A stretch of DNA of 63,302 nt, filler included, from Octopus bimaculoides (GCF_001194135.2; 4 parts of 2 records of this genome joined end to end with filler, not necessarily neighbours in it); one strand, 5' to 3'; counted from the whole stretch's first letter, positions 13,071-25,109 are shown. Notes: generated by a model from the sequence alone, not told the origin. Translations and numbers: made by a program.

Positions 13071-13639
13071 ATAATAATAATAATAATAATAATAATGATG
13101 ATGATGAATTAGATGATATGCACATTTTCAAAATAATTACGATATTGGAGTAAGATACAAACATTTATTAATCCATTATAGAAACAAATTAGATAATAAT
13201 CTAGGTAATTAAATTCTAAAATAGATAAGAAAAATGTAATGAATTGTAGACTGTGCATCTTCAAATCTATTATTGAAATAGATTAAATAAGATAATGAAT
13301 TAACTAATAATATGATTACATACTAAAATAGATTATGAAAAATGATAAATTACATATGTTATAAAAAAAAAAAAACTAAAAGAATGTATCTGAAAAAGGT
13401 ACAAATATTTGTGAAATCATTGCTGAAATGAATTAGAGAAAAAAAGAAAGAAAAAAAACTGTGATCAGCGTCTATTTTAATCGGTATAGTTCTGTTGGAT
13501 AGAAGAATAACAGTAATATTCTGGTTGGGAGACTTTGGTCAAGTGATTCTCCTGACATGAATTCGAAGCCTCGTGCCACCAATTTGGTAGAGACAATCAA
13601 CTGAAAAAGTAAACCAAAATAACTTATGACTTCTTGAAA

Positions 13640-13733
13640 CGTGAAATAAACTGTCTTGCTCAAGGACACAACACGTCGCCGGGAATCGAACTCATGATCT
13701 TGAGCCTAATGCTCTAACCACTAAGCCACGCGC
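13640..13733 (-). mobile_element. SINE family C head fragment
   Basis: Minus strand gtggcttagtggttagagc (A-box-like), gagttcgattcc (B-box), ttgtgtccttgagcaagacag (CORE-like). Confidence 0.75.
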
Positions 13734-13763
13734 TTTCACATTATGTATATATATATATATATA

Positions 13764-13906
13764 CGATGGCCTTCTTCCATTTTCTGTCTACCAAATCCAC
13801 TCACAAGGCTTTGGTCGACCCTAGGCTATAGTAGAAGACACTTGCCCAAGGTGCTATGCAAGTTGGACTGAACCCAGAACCATGTGGTTGGGAAGCAAGC
13901 TTCTTA
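13764..13906 (-). mobile_element. SINE family A head
   Basis: ccaaatccactcacaaggctttggtcg..agtagaagacacttgcccaaggtg..gaaccatgtggttggg. Confidence 0.9.
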
Positions 13907-14605
13907 AAGAACGACCCGGACTATTTATAATGAAGTTTTCATCAAGGACTGCTTCGTCTGGCGGAGTTGCGATCGAACATTTTCACTTGATTTCTGATTT
14001 CTTTGATCCTGATTATCGATCGCTGAAACGATTGTAACGAATATGAAATAAATGAAATAACAACTTGCTTCCTGTTATTCTTTCATACCAGACGTGTTCT
14101 TTATAACATGTTATGACCCTAACCTGTTTGCAACTTCTTTTACTGGATTATATAGCAGAAGGAGTTAAGGAGGATACTGTCAGGAACCGCAAGGAATATG
14201 GTAATTTGTCGCATGTTTCCACTCATGCTGCTCCACGGTGACGAGTTCTTCTGACAAGTAGCCATTATTAGCATCAACTTTGAAAAGCTATTCATAGATA
14301 AACAAATACAGTGGCGTGAATAGCTTGAAGAAATTGCTATATCTTTCCATGATCTTAAAAAAAAGAATCGAATCAAAAACCCAACTTTCTTTGATGCAAC
14401 ATTGCTAAACCTACAGAAAAACAGAATTTTCAAATACGAGATATGACTCTCCTTGCTCTGGAAATTAGTCAGACACGTATGTGATGAAATTGACAGGAAA
14501 GATCTTAAGTGGTAGAAAGTGTTGAATACAAAGTTAAGAAAAACAGAACAGAATATGTCAACGAATATGCTGGGAGGTTTCAAGAAGCAGAAGAAATATT
14601 TTCAG

Positions 14606-14656
14606 ATAATGACATACCCAAAAGAGCTCAAAAACAACAAAGAATTTTCGTTTACC
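14606..14656 (+). CDS. Candidate 51-nt exon of an unidentified gene (IMTYPKELKNNKEFSFT)
   Basis: tattttcag acceptor and GTAAGT donor, two open frames; no family recognised. Confidence 0.2.
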
Positions 14657-15104
14657 GTAAGTAAAAAAAAAATCAGTTTCCTTAATTAGAAGACAAGTGT
14701 TTTGTATAGGGTTAATATGTCGGTTGATCCAGTTTCTGTCTCGTTTATTTTTCTTTGGAAAACGACGAACATGATTTAATATGCATCAAACGAACTGTCG
14801 AAAAGAATTCCTTGAGTTATCATTCTAAATACTACTTATCTCTTTAAATCTTTGCCATTCTATGGAACATTTCCTAAAATGCTATATTTGCATAATAAAT
14901 ATAGAAGAATGAAAAAGAAAGAAAAAATAAGCTCGGGAAGCAATTCCCACGTAGGATGTTGATTGAATATCTATTATTCTCAATGAAAAAGAGATTCCAT
15001 ATAGTGGCTTATGCACAGAATATTTTTAATTCTTTAATAAATGATATTCTCCCATTTATCAATTATTTGCATATCATCACTATTATTATTATTATTATTA
15101 TTAT

Positions 15105-15142
<38 letters not shown>

Positions 15143-15893
15143 TAGTATCATCATCATCAGCAGCAGCAGCAGTATTATTATTGGCCTTCTTATTATTTTG
15201 ATATTTTAAAATATCAGTGTTATTTTATTTCTTTATTCAGTTTATTTATTTATTTATTTATTCTTTTATTTATTCTTACTTTTCATAAAGATCGCGATTC
15301 ACGCTAATCTGAAAGTGAAAGTATTAAAAGATATGAATCCTGTTGTGAATAAATTATCTTCAGTAACTTTTGATTATTTTATTTTTTAATTATTATTATT
15401 TTTTTGATGATGTTTTTTTTTTATNNNNNNNNNNNNNNNNNNNNNNNNNNNNNNNNNNNNNNNNNNNNNNNNNNNNNNNNNNNNNNNNNNNNNNNNNNNN
15501 NNNNNNNNNNNNNNNNNNNNNNNNNNNNNNNNNNNNNNNNNNNNNNNNNNNNNNNNNNNNNNNNNNNNNNNNNNNNNNNNNNNNNNNNNNNNNNNNNNNN
15601 NNNNNNNNNNNNNNNNNNNNNNNNNNNNNNNNNNNNNNNNNNNNNNNNNNNNNNNNNNNNNNNNNNNNNNNNNNNNNNNNNNNNNNNNNNNNNNNNNNNN
15701 NNNNNNNNNNNNNNNNNNNNNNNNNNNNNNNNNNNNNNNNNNNNNNNNNNNNNNNNNNNNNNNNNNNNNNNNNNNNNNNNNNNNNNNNNNNNNNNNTTAA
15801 AGAAAAAAGAATTATTGGATTGTGTAACCCTAGATAGGTTGTGTATAAAATGATGGATTGATAGTAACTGGACTGATATTTAAATTAGAAATT

Positions 15894-16135
15894 GAAGGCG
15901 GCGAGCTGGCAGAAACGTTAGCACACCGGACGAAAAGCTTAGCGGTATTTCTTCTGCCGTTACGTTCTGAGTTCAAATTCCGCCAAGGTCAACTTTGCCT
16001 TTCATCCATTTGGGGTCGATAAATTAAGTACCAGTTACGTACTGAGGTCGATGTAATCGACTTAATTCCCTTGTCTGTCCTTGTTTGTCCCCTCTATGTT
16101 TAGCCCCTGGTGGGCAATAAAGAAATAAGAAATAG
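15894..16135 (+). mobile_element. SINE family B, full length
   Basis: ggcggcgagctggcagaaacgttagc (A-box-like), gagttcaaattcc (B-box), gcctttcatcc..ggggtcgataaattaagtaccag core, tail aaagaaataag. Confidence 0.9.
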
Positions 16136-16188
16136 AAGGCATGCGATCTTCCGTAAATTTCATCCTATCGTCTTTAAGAAAAGTTGAT

Positions 16189-16339
16189 GAGTGGCTGTGT
16201 GGTAAGAAGCTTGCTTCCCAACCACATGATCCCGGGTTCAGTCCCACTACGTGGCACCTTGGGCAAGTGTCTAATAAAACCTCGGTCCGACAAAATCCTT
16301 GTGAGTGGATTTGGTAGACGGAAACGGAAAGAAGGCCGT
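16189..16339 (+). mobile_element. SINE family A head followed by (TA)n
   Basis: gagtggctgtgtggtaag..gggttcagtccc..accttgggcaagtgtc..gtgagtggatttggtagacggaaac. Confidence 0.9.
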
Positions 16340-16592
16340 TATATATATATATATATATATAATAAACGACGACGATGACCTCCACCACCACCACCGTAGC
16401 CATCTCCAACGGCAACAATAACAACACCAACACCACCAGCAAAAATAGCAGCAACAACGTAGCAACAGTAACACTATTAACACCCAGACAATACTAACAA
16501 CACTACAATCAAAAACATCATCATTTCCACCACCACCCTCGGAGTTGCTGGCCTTGTGCCAAAATTTGAAATCAATATTTATTCAATAACAT

Positions 16593-16808
16593 AGGCCGGT
16601 GAGTTGGCACAATCGTTAGCATGCAAGACAAAGGGTTTAACGGTATTTCGCCCGTCTTTACGTTCCGAGTTCAAATTCCACCGAGATCGACTTTGCCTTT
16701 CATCCATTTGGGGGTCGATAAAATCAGTCCCAGTTGAGCACTGGGGTCAATTTAATCGACTTACATTCTTCCCTGAATTTGCTGGCCTTGTATCAGAATT
16801 TGAAACCA
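16593..16808 (+). mobile_element. SINE family B variant (ttgctggccttgt tail)
   Basis: Same head and core as 15894, with a different tail shared with 62795-62985. Confidence 0.85.
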
Positions 16809-17544
16809 AACCAATTACGATGATTAGCTGTTCCCCAGCTCAACCTCAACAGAGAAAAGAAAGGAGGTATAAGATAAGTAAAGATGGCAAACTGTCGGAG
16901 ACGGTGGAGAAAGAGAGAATAATTCCCCTTGAAAATTGGAGAAAAGCTGAAGAGGAAATAAGTCATGCAGAGAAAGAGGCTTGTTCGTATCCTTGCGAAC
17001 GTGTAAGAAGTCGACATTCTTTTGCATAGCCAATTAGAAGCTGGTGAATAAACTGCGTGAACTCCGAGAAGAAAGAAAACGAAAAAAAAAAAAAATACAA
17101 AAAAGAAAAACCGTACCGCTTGAGGTGTGTGGGTGTGATAGGTCGTGATTACAGAAGTCAACAAGTAATTTTTATCAGATGATATTTTGGCGAGATTTAA
17201 AACCGTTTTGCACTGAAATTAGCTTTAGGTTTTCAACAGATGAATACTTTTTTTCTTGTGGATACATAACTGTTTGCTTCTTTTAAATTTTCGTTTTTTT
17301 TTCCCTTCCATATAATTAAATATTCAGTTTAGGTATTTTAAGGTCTTATCTTTAAAATTTAAGGTCTTATCTTTAAATTCGTCAATATTTTGATTTAAAA
17401 ACAAAAAACCGTATTGTTTTCGCAAGCATGTTTTCTTTAATGTTATGACATATTCTAACTAAGCTGTAAACGTACATAGGAAATGTTTAAAATAAAACAG
17501 GTAAACACTGACCTTTACAGCAATATCACAACGATAACATTTTT

Positions 17545-17938
17545 TCTTTTTCTGCTTGTTTCAGTCATTTGACTGCGGCCATGCTGGGACACTGCCTTGA
17601 AGTATTTTTAGTCGAATGAATTGATCCCAGTATTTATTATTATTCTGTAAAGCCTGGTACTTATTCTATCGGTATTTTAGTTCGAACCTCTAAGTTACAG
17701 GAACTTAAACACATCAAAAGCGGTTGTCAAGCGATGGCGGGGGCGGAGGAGAAACAAAGATACAAAGACACACGCATAGATATATACTTGTATACCCAAC
17801 GAGCTTCTTTTAGTTTCCGTCTACCAAATCCACTGACAAGGCTTTGGTCAACCCGAGGCTATAGTAGAAGATACTTTCCCAAGGTGCCACGCAGTGTGAC
17901 TGAACGAGGAACCATGTGGTTGAAAGGCAAGCTTCTTT
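17545..17938 (-). mobile_element. Complete bipartite SINE family A
   Basis: 3' half, a ~50-bp degenerate microsatellite linker, then the head; same order as 6605-7025. Confidence 0.85.
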
Positions 17939-18169
17939 ATTTAATTAAATTTGCCATTAAGGAATTACAAAGATTAGCAGAAGCTAGGGCTGGACAAAAA
18001 CATTAATGACAAAATGAGGATGACAGATGAAAAATGAGAGGGGCACCGATGCCCACCGATCGGTAACCCCTCGACAACCTTTGTTCACTATGGTTACAAT
18101 TTATTTACAATCAATAATCAATTTACAATCAATATTTCCTTCATCAGCAAACCTTATGCTGCCATGTAA

Positions 18170-18555
18170 CCCGATTACTTTGATCTCAGTCTTCAACTGG
18201 TACTTATTTTATCGACCTCAAAATTGATGATAGGTAAAGTCGACATAAGCGGAATTTGAACATAAAGGCGGAAGAAATGCCGTTTAGCATTTCGTCCGGC
18301 GTGCTAACGATTCTGCCAGCTGGTCGCGTTTTTCTTGAAGAAAATATTGGTTTCAAATATTGGTGAAAGGCCAAAAATTTCTGGGGAGGAGTTTGTCGAT
18401 TAAATGGACCCTTGTGAAATAGTACTTATTTTACCGACCCTGAAAGGGATGGAAGCTAAAGTCGACATCGGCGGAATTTGAACGCAGAACGTAAAGACAA
18501 AATGCTGTTAAGCATTTTGCCAAGCGTTCTAAGAATTCCGCCTGCTCACCGCCTT
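18170..18555 (-). mobile_element. Two tandem SINE family B copies
   Basis: Reverse complement of the core (tacttattttatcgacc..aaagtcgac..ggcggaatttgaac) at ~18200 and ~18420. Confidence 0.8.
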
Positions 18556-18599
18556 TTTCTTGAAGAAAATATTACAATGAATTACTGTATAAAGCTAAA

Positions 18600-18965
18600 T
18601 TTTGATTTGGCAGTTTATTTCAAGATGGATGATTCTCTCAGTTATTGCGATGACATTAATGGACTTTTAACAAGTCTATTGAAGGCACGTTGTAAATGGA
18701 ATGGCAACTTTTTATAGATTCATCTCCAAGAAGTTTTATAGCTGTTTTATTACGTAATAGAACTTTGAAACCATCTACCTCCATAACGTCTTCAATGAAT
18801 GTAATAGGATTTTATGTTGACACATAGATCCCTTTTAATGCAACTTCCTATAATGATCGCCAATCTGCCTATGGAATTTGAAGAATGCTTAATTTAATTG
18901 CTATGTTCATGGGCATACAGATAGGATTCATCAAGCTCTGATACTTTCTATGGTTGTGGAACAGT
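18600..18965 (+). mobile_element. Chapaev3-like (CMC) transposase relic
   Basis: YFKMDDSLSYCDDINGLL / EWQLFIDSSPRSFIAVLLRN..KPS / IAMFMGIQIGFIK.YFLWLW matches the remembered WRLFIDSSK.SLKAVLLHN and G.Q.GYTK..CFLC.W motifs. Confidence 0.7.
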
Positions 18966-19249
18966 GGAATTATTACAGAACACTGAAAGCGACGAGCTGG
19001 AAGAATTGTTAGTGCGCCAGACAAGATACTTAACAGGATTTCTGTCGGTTCCTTACAGTCTTAGATCATATCCCGACGAGGTCGATTTTGCCTTTCATCT
19101 TTTCGATGTCGCTGAAATAAGTGTCAGTTATGCACTGGGGTTGATGGAATCGAATATTCCCCTTCCCTACCAAATTCAGGCCTTGTGCTGTTCCTTACGT
19201 AGAAAGAACTATTACAGAATATTACAACTGCCACTCCATCGCTTACGAC

Positions 19250-19545
19250 GACGAGTGTTCCAGTTGATCCGATCAACGGAACAGCCTGCTTGTTAAAATA
19301 ACGTGCGAGTGGCTGAGCACTCCACAGACACGTGTACCCTAAATGAAGTTCTCAGGGAGATTCAGAGTGACACAGTGTGACAAGGATGGACCCCTTTGAA
19401 TTACAGGTACTGCTCATTTTTGCTAGCTGAATGGACTGGAGTAATGTAAAATAAAGTGTCTTGCTCAAGGACACAACGCACTGCTGGTTTTCGAACTCAC
19501 AACCTTACGATCGAGAGCTGAATACCCTAACCACTAAGCCACATC
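19250..19545 (-). mobile_element. SINE family C
   Basis: tRNA-like head gtggcttagtggttagggtattc..gagttcgaa plus ttgtgtccttgagcaagacact on the minus strand; longer body than the 13640 copy. Confidence 0.75.
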
Positions 19546-19557
19546 TCTCCACAGAAT

Positions 19558-19855
19558 ATTCTTTCCTAATCTAGGCACAAGGCCAGAAATGTTTGGGAAG
19601 GGGGCCAGTTGATTAGTTCGACCTCAGTACGCAACTGGTACTTAATTTATCGACCTCGAAAGGAAGAAAGACAAAGTCGACCTCGGCGGAAATTGAACTC
19701 AGAACGTAAAGTCAGACGAAATACCGCTAAGCATTTCGCCCGGCGTGCTAACATTTCTTATTTCTTTACTGCCCACAAGGGGCTACACACAGAGGGGACA
19801 AACAAGGACAAACAAAGGGATTAAGTCGATTACATCGACCCCCAGCGCTCAACTG
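19558..19855 (-). mobile_element. SINE family B copy plus the tail of a second B copy
   Basis: Core reverse complement at 19630-19745; tail cttatttctttactgcccacaagggg..acaaacaaggaca at 19755-19850. Confidence 0.85.
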
Positions 19856-20530
19856 TGTTTATATTCATATATTAAATGAAATAGAGAAATACAATTGACA
19901 AACTAACAATTTATTTACATTACAATATAATATAATGTATAAATTAAAAATTCCCTTTGAAGGAATTTTCTTCCTTCGTTTGTTTTATTATAATATAAGT
20001 ATACATTCATATACATATATATATATATANNNNNNNNNNNNNNNNNNNNNNNNNNNNNNNNNNNNNNNNNNNNNNNNNNNNNNNNNNNNNNNNNNNNNNN
20101 NNNNNNNNNNNNNNNNNNNNNNNNNNNNNNNNNNNNNNNNNNNNNNNNNNNNNNNNNNNNNNNNNNNNNNNNNNNNNNNNNNNNNNNNNNNNNNNNNNNN
20201 NNNNNNNNNNNNNNNNNNNNNNNNNNNNNNNNNNNNNNNNNNNNNNNNNNNNNNNNNNNNNNNNNNNNNNNNNNNNNNNNNNNNNNNNNNNNNNNNNNNA
20301 ATGTAAATAAATTATTGAATGTCAATAGAATATCTCTATATTTGATTTAACTTTATTATGAATTATACCAATATTTATAAGGTATGCGACTGAAGTACCA
20401 GTAATTGGATGTTTAACACACCCCTTTGAAGGATTTCTTTTCCTCAGTTTGTTACTTATATATATATATATATATATATGACGAAATATATGACGAAATA
20501 CAGTCTCCCTAGCAGCAATTGATACATACA

Positions 20531-20737
20531 TGGTGGTTGTCTACTCCTTACACAGAGTTTGACCACCTCCTGCACCTACACCTTAGCCCTTTCATGGCGT
20601 CTGATGTGGCTTTTTAAACCAGACAGTGTTTTGAAAAAACACCCACACAGATTGCATCTCTGATTTGCACCGCCAATACCTGGAAGTAAGTTCTGCTCAT
20701 TGTGGATCCTAACATGTCTTTTAAGACCCCCATTAGA
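20531..20737 (-). mobile_element. RTE-type LINE 3' end with a C2H2 zinc finger
   Basis: GLKRHVRIH...CNLCGCFFKTLSGLKSHIRRH, then stop, a ~45-nt 3'UTR and a (tgta)n tail. Confidence 0.6.
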
Positions 20738-20762
20738 TACATACATACATACATACATACAT

Positions 20763-20966
20763 AGAACTGGGATTTGCAAAAAGAGAAATCGAGAGGCTAA
20801 TGCGTACATTACGAGTGCAATCTGTGAGAGGAACAGTAAAAATATGCAAGAGTTTTCTCAACTTCCAAATGTGAATTTGCGTGTGCTAACTACACCACAA
20901 AGATGGAGTCTGGTATCTTTGTTGGAAACCGGCTCTCTCCTCAGAGGAAGATTTATAATAATTAAA
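20763..20966 (+). mobile_element. R4/Dong-type LINE 3' end (family Y) starting at (CATA)n
   Basis: ELGFAKREIERLMRTLRVQSVRGTVKICKSFLNF; 3'UTR ttgttggaaaccggctc..ctcagaggaaga shared with 56258-56306. Confidence 0.7.
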
Positions 20967-21796
20967 CTATAGAAGAGATATACAAGCAAACGGACACCCC
21001 CATTTGTATATATATGTATCTAAGTGTGTGTATGTGTGTCTGTGTGTCCATGCATTAGAGGCAAACTAAACTACGTTTACTAAAACACTGGTGTGCACAA
21101 TTACATTTAATATATTCATGCACATACAAACATGGAAAGACTTTCGTTGTAAAAATTGTCATGGGAGAGAAACTATATGTTAGACACTGTATGTGAAAAA
21201 CACATCACTAGCTATGGCGTCATCCAATACGTGTTTCTGCATCGTTACGCTTTAACTGGTAGGGAAACCGAATCCGTCGTTCCAGGACCTTCTAAGGACT
21301 GCAGTTCTTATAGTTAAACAGTTAATAATAAATTTACTAGCGGATTCAAAGCTTTGTGAAGCTGAGATTATTTAAATAGAGACACACTAAACAGCGTTGG
21401 TTAAAATGCGTGTTTGCGCGCGTGTGAACCACAGAGACAAATAAAAAAAAAGATTTAGTATTTTCTATTATAAAATAAAAACAGGTGTTTTTAAGTTCAA
21501 TTCGATGTTACTATGTTGAAGAGCTAGCTTTGAAAATGATGTTAAATATTTACAATGTCATTCATCATTAATTTTACTTGCGAAAAATACAGACAGCAGT
21601 CGGGAGATTACTATTAAGCAAAAGTTCTTGCAACATTAAAAGTACAAATGACAAAAAAATGAAACACAAAAAAAAAAAATCATACAAAAAAAAACATGAA
21701 AATAAAATTCAAAATGCTTTGCCATTTAATTCCAAAATGTATATTCTCAATGAAGGCAAATGATTAATTTGCGCTATTCTAAAGTATAATCACTTT

Positions 21797-21935
21797 ACCT
21801 GTTTTTAGTCATTGGAATGCGTCCATGCTTGTTTGAAGTCTGGTACATATTTTGTCAATTTGGTGGAGCTGCTAAGTTGTACGTTGTCAAGCGATGACGG
21901 AGGCTAACATAAACATACAGATGTATACGCACACA
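21797..21935 (-). mobile_element. Internally deleted SINE family A 3' half
   Basis: tgtttttagtcattggaatgcgtccatgct ... gctaagtt..gttgtcaagcgatg. Confidence 0.65.
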
Positions 21936-23289
21936 AGCACTCNNNNNNNNNNNNNNNNNNNNNNNNNNNNNNNNNNNNNNNNNNNNNNNNNNNNNNNNNN
22001 NNNNNNNNNNNNNNNNNNNNNNNNNNNNNNNNNNNNNNNNNNNNNNNNNNNNNNNNNNNNNNNNNNNNNNNNNNNNNNNNNNNNNNNNNNNNNNNNNNNN
22101 NNNNNNNNNNNNNNNNNNNNNNNNNNNNNNNNNNNNNNNNNNNNNNNNNNNNNNNNNNNNNNNNNNNNNNNNNNNNNNNNNNNNNNNNNNNNNNNNNNNN
22201 NNNNNNNNNNNNNNNNNNNNNNNNNNNNNNNNNNNNNNNNNNNNNNNNNNNNNNNNNNNNNNNNNNNNNNNNNNNNNNNNNNNNNNNNNNNNNNNNNNNN
22301 NNNNNNNNNNNNNNNNNNNNNNNNNNNNNNNNNNNNNNNNNNNNNNNNNNNNNNNNNNNNNNNNNNNNNNNNNNNNNNNNNNNNNNNNNNNNNNNNNNNN
22401 NNNNNNNNNNNNNNNNNNNNNNNNNNNNNNNNNNNNNNNNNNNNNNNNNNNNNNNNNNNNNNNNNNNNNNNNNNNNNNNNNNNNNNNNNNNNNNNNNNNN
22501 NNNNNNNNNNNNNNNNNNNNNNNNNNNNNNNNNNNNNNNNNNNNNNNNNNNNNNNNNNNNNNNNNNNNNNNNNNNNNNNNNNNNNNNNNNNNNNNNNNNN
22601 NNNNNNNNNNNNNNNNNNNNNNNNNNNNNNNNNNNNNNNNNNNNNNNNNNNNNNNNNNNNNNNNNNNNNNNNNNNNNNNNNNNNNNNNNNNNNNNNNNNN
22701 NNNNNNNNNNNNNNNNNNNNNNNNNNNNNNNNNNNNNNNNNNNNNNNNNNNNNNNNNNNNNNNNNNNNNNNNNNNNNNNNNNNNNNNNNNNNNNNNNNNN
22801 NNNNNNNNNNNNNNNNNNNNNNNNNNNNNNNNNNNATATATATATATATATACCTTCATATGCATATAAATATATATATCTATATATATACATATACATA
22901 CATGCATACATAAATCATTACATACATATATACATACATACATATTCGCATTTGTTTTTTGACTAAAAAAACAAAATGTAAATTCCACCGCAAGGCATCA
23001 AAACTAAAGTTTAAATTGCGCTTACGCGCATGTAAAGCAAAAGAGACACATATAGTTGTGAAATATGCCAATGGCCCCGCAGGCACACACGCACATGCAC
23101 ACACACACACGCACACTCCGCACATACACCTTTAGATCACGCTCGAAACATACATATATAACCACTCTTATCAACCAAACTCAATCACACATGCACCTCC
23201 GTGCACGTATAACACAAATCATACACAAATACATATATAAGACCCACTTCCCCTTCAAAACAACTCCTCGCTCATCTTAATTAGATTCA

Positions 23290-23860
23290 TACTCTCTGTC
23301 ACACACAGACACACACACATACATACATAACCATGCGACTACACAGACACATACACTTAAACGGTCATGCATACGCATAAACGCTCTCGCATCTACACAC
23401 ACGTTCACTATACCTAACGCTTCTTATGTGTAGTTATAAACACACATACACCTGTACACGTACAACGCTACATACATATCGCGTATGCATACACACACAC
23501 ACACGCACACACACACACACACGACCATACAGCTACACAAACACAAAGGACCATACAGCTGCACAAACACATACACTTAAACGGCTATGCACACGCACAA
23601 ATGTTCTCGGGTCTATACACACGCCCACTGTAGCTAACGCCTCTTATGTATAGTTATAAACACACATACACCGGCACACCTACATGGAAATCGCATATAC
23701 ATACACACACGACACACACGCACACACACACCTATACAAACACATACACTTAAACGGCTATGTACACGCACAACCACTCTCCCATCTACAAACACGCCCA
23801 CTATATCAAACGCTTCTGATACGTAGTTATAAACACACACACACACACACACACATACAA
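23290..23860 (+). repeat. CA-rich complex minisatellite, 3 units of about 0.2 kb
   Basis: catacacttaaacgg..cacgc..actata..aacgcttct..tagttataaacacaca recurs at ~23350, ~23572 and ~23745. Confidence 0.8.
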
Positions 23861-23984
23861 AGCACCCCCCCACACACACAAACACGCACCAGCACTTGCA
23901 GACAAATCCATTCAACTACGCCAAGTGCCTATAAACGCCTACACAGCCACCTACACACTTATGCACACCACCCTTTCTGACACC

Positions 23985-24160
23985 ACATCGTAGGGCCGTG
24001 ATCTTCCCAGCCTAAAAACATTTCTTCCGACTCACTCTATATACATAGTTTTATTCCTTAACTCTCTTTTATCTTTCATCCTTATTGTTGCTTAAACTTA
24101 TGGTTCCTTCACATTGCTTTTTCTTTCTGATGACGGTCTAACTTCCGAAACGTCCAAACA
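23985..24160 (+). mobile_element. Penelope-like terminal repeat fragment with hammerhead core
   Basis: CTGATGA(24129)-C-GG-tctaactt-CC-GAAAC-GTC after a pyrimidine-rich tract. Confidence 0.55.
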
Positions 24161-24269
24161 GACGGAAAGCCATCGTGCCTCCACACACACACATACACGC
24201 ACACACACACACACACGCATACATGTATGTATGTATATGTGTGTGTATGTGTGTATGTGTGTGTATATA

Positions 24270-24470
24270 TTTGTGTGTCTGTGTTTATTCTCCCAACATC
24301 GCTTGACAACCGATGCTGGTGTGTTTACGTCCCCGTAACTTAGCAGCTCGGCAAAAGAGAACGACAAAATAAGTACTAGGCTTACAAAGAATAAGACCTG
24401 TGGTCGATTTGCTCGACAAAAAGGTGGTGCTCCAGCATGGCCGCAGTCAAATGACTGAAACAAGTTAAAA
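24270..24470 (+). mobile_element. SINE family A 3' half
   Basis: Near-consensus copy preceded by (TG)n. Confidence 0.9.
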
Positions 24471-24556
24471 AGTATATTTTCGTCATCCGTAAATTTACGT
24501 CAACCGATGTTATGAGGTTCGTCCGTATGTGTAATTAATTGTGTGATGACACTTAC

Positions 24557-24629
24557 GATGTAGAATTCGTTGCATTTGCTACGCATGTTTTTATACAGCA
24601 CATAGAACACCTCTATGCTAATGCTTCTT
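24557..24629 (-). CDS. Candidate 73-nt exon (RSISIEVFYVLYKNMRSKCNEFYI)
   Basis: gctcgttttttgacag acceptor and GTAAGT donor on the minus strand; one open frame; no family recognised. Confidence 0.3.
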
Positions 24630-25009
24630 CTGTCAAAAAACGAGCCGATTGGTTACTATAGCGACGCATATCAATCCCTCGTATATACGCACACTATAGA
24701 ACAGAGAAGTCGGCACTTAACAACATTTCTCCAAAATTTTCCTAAGGAAGGTCTCCAACACCAAAATATTGAAATATCAGGAAGAACTATTAATCTGTAT
24801 TTCTAGAACATGCATAGTTTTGAGTTTGAAAAATTATAAAACACACACACACACAGGCACACACACACAAACCTGCACGCACACACAAACATACTTACAC
24901 ATACGTACACACACAAACACACACGCACACACGTATTATTTTTATGATTAAAACGAAGAAATCTTATTTACATTTTCCAAGACAATAGAAAGAATTTTCT
25001 TTTTAACAG

Positions 25010-25109
25010 GATCAAGCATTTGCTTTATACAAACGCTAATACAACAGACAGATTCCGCAAGAAATACATCTTAACAAATGCTAAGACTTTGGGGTCAACA
25101 TCACTCGAA
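25010..25109 (+). CDS. Candidate 100-nt exon (IKHLLYTNANTTDRFRKKYILTNAKTLGSTSLE)
   Basis: aattttctttttaacag acceptor, GTAATT donor, one open frame. Confidence 0.3.

Noticed and set aside
14140-14600. Possible RT relic (AIISINFEKLF resembling the D.EKAFD motif)
   Set aside because: A single weak motif with many stops; could not be extended.
15894-15990. tRNA-like A/B boxes as tRNA genes
   Set aside because: They continue into SINE bodies, and I could not build a complete cloverleaf.
20576-20809. C2H2 zinc finger as a member of the octopus ZNF gene expansion
   Set aside because: No TGEKPY-type linker or array; a short 3'UTR and repeat tail fit a LINE end.
21855-22988. Longest ORFs in the track (300-436 aa, X-filled; also 25540-26698 and 36387-37697)
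   Set aside because: They are open only because they cross N gaps.
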